Assembly: GCA_041184705.1 (NCBI GenBank)
Contig: JBEGJG010000021.1
Span: 1-35,482 of the forward strand
Direction: 5' to 3'
Source: Candidatus Eiseniibacteriota bacterium
Lineage (GTDB): Bacteria; Eisenbacteria; RBG-16-71-46
DNA: 35,482 nucleotides
A program made the translations under genes and the position numbers. Under the pieces are notes generated by a model. It made no database searches, was not told where the DNA came from, and saw only the letters and a program-made list of their open reading frames with translations. This document shows, piece after piece, positions 29,839-35,482 of this stretch; within the stretch, counting starts at the first letter, position 1; each line of letters begins with the position of its first letter.

Positions 29839-30014
29839 GGGACGGCCTCCGTGGGAAAGGGTGCGCGGGGGATACGCCGCGCCGCGGCAGTCTATTCCCG
29901 GGGGCGGACGGGCGCGAGCCGTGGTCCCGAAGGTGACCTTGCCCGGGCCCGCGCCGCGGGCGTCCACTCGGTGCCGTCGCCGCGCCCTCGCACGCGGCCG
30001 CCGGAGGACCCGCC

Positions 30015-31259
30015 ATGCACTTCGATCCCGCCGCCCGAATCCAGGACCTGCTCGTCTTCGGCGAGCACGGCGACGTGAACCCGAGCATCACGGACTCGTC
30101 CACCTACACGTTCCTCGACCCGGCGCGCATGGAGGAGGCGTTCCGCCACCCCATCGAGGGCTGCTTCCTGTACTCGCGCCACGTCAACCCCACCGACCAG
30201 CACCTCGCCGACGCGCTCGCGCGCATGGAGGACGCCGAGGCCGGTCAGGTGATGGCGTCGGGCATGGCGGCGATCGCCACCACGTTGCTGGCACTCACGG
30301 GCGCGGGCTCCGAGATCGTGGCCGGCCGCGCGCTGTACGGCGGCACGTGGGCGCTGCTGCACAACCTGCTGCCGCGCTTCGGCGTCACCACGCGGTTCGT
30401 GGACCTGGGCGACCCGGGTGCGGTGCGCGCCGCCATGGGGCCGCGCACGCGCGTGCTGTTCTGCGAGAGCCTCAGCAACCCGCTGCTCGAGGTGAGCGAC
30501 CTGCCCATGCTGTCGGCGATCGCACGCGAGCACGGCGCCATGCTGGTCGTGGACAACACGTTCACGCCCATGATGCTGTCGCCGCTGCGACACGGGGCCG
30601 ACGTGGTCGTGCACAGCCTCACCAAGTACGTGAACGGCACCAGCGACGGCATGGCCGGCGTGGTCGTGGGTCGGCGCGCGTTCGTGGATCGGCTCAACGA
30701 CCTGCACGACGGTCCGTGCATGCTGCTGGGTCCGGTGCTCGACGCCACGCGCGCGGCCAGCATCCTGAAGAACCTGCACAGCCTGCACATCCGCATGCGG
30801 CAGCACGGCGCCAACGCGCTGTTCCTGGCGCGCCACCTCGAGGCGCGCGGGCACCGCGTGCACTACCCCGGACTCGAGACGCATCCGCGCCACGCGCTGC
30901 TGGGACGCCTGCTCAACCCCGGCTACGGCTGGGGCGGCATGATGACGCTCGACGCGGGCACGGCCGACCGCGCCCAGCGCCTCATGGTGGCGATGCAACG
31001 CGAGAAGGTGGGCTACCTCGCGGTGAGTCTGGGCTACTTCCGCACGTTGTTCAGCGCGCCCGGCGGCAGCACGTCGTCGGAGATCCCGGCCGAGGAGCGC
31101 GAGGCCATGGGGCTCTCGCCCGGGCTGGTGCGGTTCTCGATCGGGCTCGACGAGGACATCGCGGGCACGCTGCAGCGCATCGAGCGCTGTCTCACCGAGG
31201 TCGGCGTGGCGCCGCGCGGCCGTCGGCCCGACGCGCACGAGGTGGTCGCGAGCGGGTAG
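30015..31259 (+). CDS. Cys/Met-metabolism PLP-dependent enzyme (methionine gamma-lyase / cystathionine gamma-synthase family)
   Basis: 414 aa. YSRHVNPT, VVDNTF, and the Schiff-base lysine in HSLTKYVNG. GGAGGA 6 nt upstream of the ATG. Confidence 0.8.
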   Translation: MHFDPAARIQDLLVFGEHGDVNPSITDSSTYTFLDPARMEEAFRHPIEGCFLYSRHVNPTDQHLADALARMEDAEAGQVMASGMAAIATTLLALTGAGSEIVAGRALYGGTWALLHNLLPRFGVTTRFVDLGDPGAVRAAMGPRTRVLFCESLSNPLLEVSDLPMLSAIAREHGAMLVVDNTFTPMMLSPLRHGADVVVHSLTKYVNGTSDGMAGVVVGRRAFVDRLNDLHDGPCMLLGPVLDATRAASILKNLHSLHIRMRQHGANALFLARHLEARGHRVHYPGLETHPRHALLGRLLNPGYGWGGMMTLDAGTADRAQRLMVAMQREKVGYLAVSLGYFRTLFSAPGGSTSSEIPAEEREAMGLSPGLVRFSIGLDEDIAGTLQRIERCLTEVGVAPRGRRPDAHEVVASG

Positions 31260-31265
31260 CGCGCC

Positions 31266-32516
31266 TCAGCGCGGGAGCACGTCGTCGAGCGCGGTGAGGA
31301 GCCGCTCGATCTCGGCGGGCGTGTTGTAGTGCGCCAGGCTCACGCGCACCACCCCGCCCTGCTCGTGCAGACCCAGCGCGGTCATGGCGCGGTGCGCGTA
31401 GAAATGACCCCAGCGCGTGGCGAGCCGGTGCGCGTCGAGCGCCTCGGCCACCGTGCTCGCGTGCCGCCCGGCCACGGTGAACGCGACCGTGGCGACGCGT
31501 CTGGACACATCGGCCGACGGCTCGCCCAGCAACGTCACGCCGCGGCGCGCGCGCAGGAACGCGAGCAGCGGCTCGAGCAGCGCGGCCTCGTGCGCGGCGA
31601 TCGCGTCGAACGCGCGCGCGAGCCGCGTGCGCGTCTCCCCCGTGCCGCCGCCCGTGGCCGCGTCGAGTTCGAGCAGGTGCTCGACGATCCCGGGCAGCGC
31701 GCTCGCCAGCTCGTGCGGCACGCCGCCGGGCTCGAGCTTGTCGGGGATCTCGTGCGCGCCCTTGAAGAAGTGGTTCTGCCCCTGCACGCGCTCGAGCAGC
31801 TCGCGCCGCCCGTAGAGCATGCCCAGATGCGGCCCGAACACCTTGTAGAGCGAGACCGCGTACAGGTCGGCGCCGAGCGCCTGGACGTCCACCGCGCGGT
31901 GCGGCGCGTACGCCACGCCGTCCACGCAGGCGAGCGCGCCCGCGGCGTGCACGCGCTCGACGATCGCGCGCGCGTCGTGGATCGTGCCGACCACGTTGGC
32001 GCAGTGCGTGAACGCCACCAGTCGCGTGCGCGCATCGAGCAACGGTTCCAGATCGTCCACGTGCAGCGCCTGCGTGTCGGGGCGCAGCCGCCACTCGCGC
32101 ACCTCGACACCGCGCGACTCGAGGGTGCGCCACGCGCCGATGTTGGACTCGTGGTCGAGGTCGGTCACCACGATCGCGTCGCCACGCGACAGCGTGGCGC
32201 CGAACGCGTGCGCCATGGTGCGCAGGTTGGCGGTCGTGGAGCTGCCGAGGATCACCTCGCCGGGCTCGGCGTTGAGCAGCGCCTCGGCCGCGCGATGCCC
32301 CGCGACGACGCGCGCGGTGGCCTCGACCGAGAGCGCGTGGCTCGCGCCCAACTGCACTCCGAGGCGGCTCATGTGATCGTGCACGCGCTCGATCACGCCG
32401 GCCACGGGCACGCTGCCGCCGGCGTTGTCGAACAGCGCCCACTCGGTGGCGAGCGCCGGGAAACGCGCACGCACCCCCGCCAGGACGTCGGGCGGGAGTG
32501 CGCGCGGAGCGATCAT
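31266..32516 (-). CDS. class V aminotransferase-fold protein (cysteine desulfurase-like family)
   Basis: 416 aa. FDNAGGS, HESN, FTHCANVVG, and the PLP lysine in VSLYKVFGPH. Starts 14 nt after the valS stop, so probably co-transcribed. Confidence 0.75.
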   Translation of the reverse strand: MIAPRALPPDVLAGVRARFPALATEWALFDNAGGSVPVAGVIERVHDHMSRLGVQLGASHALSVEATARVVAGHRAAEALLNAEPGEVILGSSTTANLRTMAHAFGATLSRGDAIVVTDLDHESNIGAWRTLESRGVEVREWRLRPDTQALHVDDLEPLLDARTRLVAFTHCANVVGTIHDARAIVERVHAAGALACVDGVAYAPHRAVDVQALGADLYAVSLYKVFGPHLGMLYGRRELLERVQGQNHFFKGAHEIPDKLEPGGVPHELASALPGIVEHLLELDAATGGGTGETRTRLARAFDAIAAHEAALLEPLLAFLRARRGVTLLGEPSADVSRRVATVAFTVAGRHASTVAEALDAHRLATRWGHFYAHRAMTALGLHEQGGVVRVSLAHYNTPAEIERLLTALDDVLPR

Positions 32517-32530
32517 GGACGTGGGGCCGT

Positions 32531-35218
32531 TCAGCCGCGGAACGAGCTCAGGCTCTGCTCGGCGCGACGCAGCTTCTCGAGCGTCTCCTCGAGCTGCGCC
32601 AGTCGCTCGTTCTCCTTGGCCACGATCTCCGGCTTGGCCTTGGCGAGGAAGTCCTGGTTGCGCAGCTTGCGCTTCACGCCCTCGAGGTCGGTGAGCAGCT
32701 TCTCCGCCTCGCGCGCGAGTCGCGCCCGCTCCTCGTCCACGTCGATCAGGCCCTCGAGCGGCAGGAACACCTCGGCGCCCTCGACGACCGCGGAAGCGGC
32801 CACGCCCGGACGTGAGCCGTCCCGCGCCAGCGTGAGCGTCTCGATGCGCGCGAGCGGCTTGAGCTGCGACTCGAGCTTCTCGATGAGCTCCAGCTGCGCC
32901 GCGTCACCACGGATGACGACCGGCACGAGCTTGCCCGGCGCGATCTTGGACTCGACGCGCAGGTTGCGCACCGCGGTCACGACCGCCTGCAGGAACGCCA
33001 CCTCGCGCTCGGCCTGCGGGTCGTTCCACGCCTTCTTGGACTTGGGCCACGCCGCGTGCGCCAGCGTCTCGCCGTCGTGCGGGATGGCCTGCCACAGCTC
33101 CTCGGAGACGAACGGCATGAACGGGTGCAGCAGGCGCAGCACGCCGTCGAGCACCTTCCAGCTCACCCAGCGCGCCGTGCGCAGGTCCACGCGCTGCTCG
33201 GGCGTCATCGCGTCGCCCAGATCGGCCAGCGCCCAGCGCGGCTTGGCCATCTCGAGGTACCAGTCGCAGTACTCGTTCCACGCGAAGTGGTACACGGCCT
33301 GCGCGGCTTCGGCGAAGCGGTAGGTCTTGAGGTTGCGCGTGACGTCCTTGGCCGCGTTCTGGAAGCGCGACAGGATCCAGCGGTCGGCCAGCGTGAGCCG
33401 CAGCTGCGACTCCTTGACCGGGCCCATGTCCTCGCCGCCCAGACGCATCGTGACGAGCTTGGTGGCGTTCCACAGCTTGTTCGCGAAGAACTTGCCCGTC
33501 TCGAGCGCCTTCTCGTCGAACTTGAGGTCCTGCCCCGTCGGCGTCTGGACCATGCAGAAGCGCACGCTGTCGGCGCCGTACCTCTCCATCATGGCGAGCG
33601 GGTCGGGCGAGTTGCCCAACGACTTGCTCATCTTGCGGCCCTGCGCGTCGCGCACGATGCTCGTGAAGTACACGTGCGCGAACGGCGCCTCGCCCATGAA
33701 GTGGTAACCGGCCATGATCATGCGCGCGACCCAGAAGAAGATGATGTCGCTGCCCGTGACCATGAGGCTGTTCGGGTAGTAGCGCTTGAGGTCCTCGGTC
33801 TCGTCGGGCCAGCCGAGCGTGGCGAACGGCCACAGCCACGAGCTGAACCACGTGTCGAGCACGTCCTCGTCCTGGCGCCAGCCCTCGCCTTCCGGCTGCT
33901 CGAGCGACACGACCATCTCGTCGCCGCGGTACCAGACCGGGATGCGATGCCCCCACCACAGCTGCCGCGAGATGCACCAGTCGCGGATGTTCTCGAGCCA
34001 GTGGAGGTACACCTTCTTCCACCGCGCCGGGTACATCTTGACGTGGCCCTTCTTGGCGGCCTCCAGCGCGGGCGCCGCCAGGGGCGCCATCCGTACGAAC
34101 CACTGCCAGCTCAGGTACGGCTCGATGACCGTGTTGCAGCGCGAGCAGTGCCCGACGCTGTTGTGGTGGTCGTCGATGCGCTCGAGGTAGCCCGCGTCCT
34201 GCAGCGCGGCCACGATGCGCTGGCGCGCCTCGAAGCGGTCGAGTCCGCGGAAGTCGCCCGCCGCGTCGTTCATCCTCCCGTCCTCGTCCATGACGACGAT
34301 CTCGGGCAGGTTGTGACGACGACCGGTCTGGAAGTCGTTCGGGTCGTGCGCGGGCGTGACCTTGACGCAGCCGGTGCCGAACTTCGCGTCCACCATGTCG
34401 TCGGCGACGATGGGGATCTCGCGACGCACGAGCGGCAGCACGACCTTGCGACCCACGAGCTTGGTGTAGCGCGGGTCCTTGGGGTTCACCGCGACGGCGG
34501 TGTCGCCCAGCATGGTCTCGGGGCGCGTCGTGGCGACGACGAGCGAACCGCTACCGTCGGCGAGCGGGTAGCGCAGGTGCCAGAGGTGGCCGTCCTTCTC
34601 GACCATGTCCACTTCCTCGTCGGACAGGGCCGTGCGGCAGCGCGGGCACCAGTTGACGATGTAGCGGCCACGGTAGACGAGGCCCTCGTCGTAGAGCTTC
34701 TTGAACACGGTGAGCACCGCGCGCGAGTAGCCCTCGTCGAGCGTGAAGCGCTCGCGCGACCAGTCGGGCGTGGTGCCCAGACGGCGCTCCTGCTGGAAGA
34801 TGAGCCCGCCGTACTGCTCCTTCCACGCCCACACCGACTCGAGGAACCTGTCGCGACCGAGATCGTGGCGCGACTTCTTCTCGGCGCGCAGCTTCTTCTC
34901 GACCACGTTCTGCGTGGCGATGCCCGCGTGGTCCATGCCCGGGATGTACAGGGTCTCGCGCCCCTCCATGCGCTGCCAGCGCACGATGGTGTCGCGGATG
35001 GACTCGCCCAGCACGTGTCCCATGGTGAGCGACCCCGTCACGTTGGGCGGCGGGATGGCGATCACGAACGGCGCCTTGGCGCCGGTGCCCTTGGGCTGGG
35101 CGGCGAGGTCGGCGCGCGGCTGGAAGACGCCCTGCTGCTCCCACCAGGTGTAACGGGTGGGTTCGATGCGGCTGGGGTCGTAGGGCTGGGACAGCGCCTC
35201 GGGATTGCCGGGACGCAT
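32531..35218 (-). CDS. valS: valine--tRNA ligase
   Basis: Track ORF 32531..35236. PPPNVTGSLTMGH (HIGH), KMSKSLGN, editing-domain and C-terminal coiled-coil regions. Start preferred at the second ATG, 35218, preceded by GAGAGGAG at 6-nt spacing; the first ATG (35236) lies inside that SD region. Confidence 0.95.
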   Translation of the reverse strand: MRPGNPEALSQPYDPSRIEPTRYTWWEQQGVFQPRADLAAQPKGTGAKAPFVIAIPPPNVTGSLTMGHVLGESIRDTIVRWQRMEGRETLYIPGMDHAGIATQNVVEKKLRAEKKSRHDLGRDRFLESVWAWKEQYGGLIFQQERRLGTTPDWSRERFTLDEGYSRAVLTVFKKLYDEGLVYRGRYIVNWCPRCRTALSDEEVDMVEKDGHLWHLRYPLADGSGSLVVATTRPETMLGDTAVAVNPKDPRYTKLVGRKVVLPLVRREIPIVADDMVDAKFGTGCVKVTPAHDPNDFQTGRRHNLPEIVVMDEDGRMNDAAGDFRGLDRFEARQRIVAALQDAGYLERIDDHHNSVGHCSRCNTVIEPYLSWQWFVRMAPLAAPALEAAKKGHVKMYPARWKKVYLHWLENIRDWCISRQLWWGHRIPVWYRGDEMVVSLEQPEGEGWRQDEDVLDTWFSSWLWPFATLGWPDETEDLKRYYPNSLMVTGSDIIFFWVARMIMAGYHFMGEAPFAHVYFTSIVRDAQGRKMSKSLGNSPDPLAMMERYGADSVRFCMVQTPTGQDLKFDEKALETGKFFANKLWNATKLVTMRLGGEDMGPVKESQLRLTLADRWILSRFQNAAKDVTRNLKTYRFAEAAQAVYHFAWNEYCDWYLEMAKPRWALADLGDAMTPEQRVDLRTARWVSWKVLDGVLRLLHPFMPFVSEELWQAIPHDGETLAHAAWPKSKKAWNDPQAEREVAFLQAVVTAVRNLRVESKIAPGKLVPVVIRGDAAQLELIEKLESQLKPLARIETLTLARDGSRPGVAASAVVEGAEVFLPLEGLIDVDEERARLAREAEKLLTDLEGVKRKLRNQDFLAKAKPEIVAKENERLAQLEETLEKLRRAEQSLSSFRG

Positions 35219-35235
35219 GGGAGGCTCCTCTCTCA

Positions 35236-35371
35236 TTGTGAGGCGAAGATTGTTGAGACGCCCGACGTCGGACCGGGGAGGACGCTAAGTCGTTGTTCCG
35301 TCGTCCCGGGATCGGCTCCTGGGCCCCTCGAAGGGGCGCTGCGGAGGGCTTCAACAATCTTCGCCGCACAA
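35236..35371 (-). promoter_or_regulatory. long-range inverted repeat forming a large stem in the valS 5' leader
   Basis: 35242-35256 (ggcgaagattgttga) is the exact reverse complement of 35351-35365. After one mismatch the pairing continues 5 more bp (35236-35240 with 35367-35371). The 94-nt interior contains further hairpins (GCCCC-UUCGA-GGGGC, CCGACGUCGG). Confidence 0.5.
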
Positions 35372-35432
35372 GCTAAGGGCTTGCGGCGGTTGAGGGTGGA
35401 CGGCCTCAGGGGCGCCGTGTGCATTCGAGGCG

Positions 35433-35462
35433 ACCGTAGCCCACCCGGCAAAACACGGTCAA
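35433..35462 (-). promoter_or_regulatory. putative valS promoter
   Basis: Minus strand: TTGACC (35462-35457), 18-nt spacer, TACGGT (35438-35433). This would give a leader of about 200 nt. Confidence 0.25.
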
Positions 35463-35482
35463 CCGTCCGAACCCCCGCCGAT

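Noticed and set aside
29839-30014. SAM or other riboswitch in the divergent region upstream of the methionine-gamma-lyase-family gene
   Set aside because: I could match no SAM-I or SAM-II-like conserved core. The region is short and GC-rich, with only an SD (GGAGGA) evident.
35219-35482. T-box riboswitch upstream of valS
   Set aside because: I could not find the conserved T-box sequence (AANNNGGGUGGNACCGCG type). I also saw no convincing specifier loop or terminator/antiterminator pair. GGGUGGGCUACGG resembles it only loosely and coincides with the putative promoter. The region is kept as an unclassified structured leader.

Overview
High-GC bacterial chromosomal window. Hand counts of flanking 60-nt lines give about 70-75% GC, and I cannot assign a taxon from sequence alone. 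It is almost entirely housekeeping genes, mostly on the minus strand, packed into long operons whose neighbouring genes overlap by 1-8 nt (ATGA, GTGA, TGATG). In window order:
- a soluble PAS histidine kinase with a sigma54-type response regulator
- a ppiD-like periplasmic chaperone
- tatA
- the string folB-folK-dNK-panB-panC-GlmU(N-domain only)-HIT-LytR_C
- dapE-dapC-dapD
- ygfZ
- a divergent orphan groEL paralogue
- an envelope set (GT-C membrane glycosyltransferase-like, PD40 beta-propeller, M28/PA/PDZ peptidase) joined to coaX-tatC-birA-nadC
- an ABM monooxygenase
- uvrB
- a DUF4139-like secreted protein
- two PLP enzymes
- valS

Most of the very long ORFs in the six-frame track are antisense or out-of-frame shadow ORFs typical of GC-rich DNA.

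The standout is a ~1.3 kb low-GC island (about 24905-26221; 40-52% GC by hand count) between the ABM gene and uvrB. It carries one intact gene: an N-terminal HARE-HTH fused to a PD-(D/E)xK nuclease core. It has no methyltransferase, ATPase, integrase or tRNA next to it. I read it as a candidate single-gene, modification-sensing restriction or defence module.

Secondary observations:
- Two perfect, out-of-frame tandem duplications: 41 bp in the groEL paralogue and 31 bp in the UVR domain of uvrB. Removing either one restores a conserved reading frame.
- A 21-position long-range inverted repeat in the valS leader.
- A possibly leaderless ygfZ.

No rRNA, tRNA, CRISPR array or transposase was seen.
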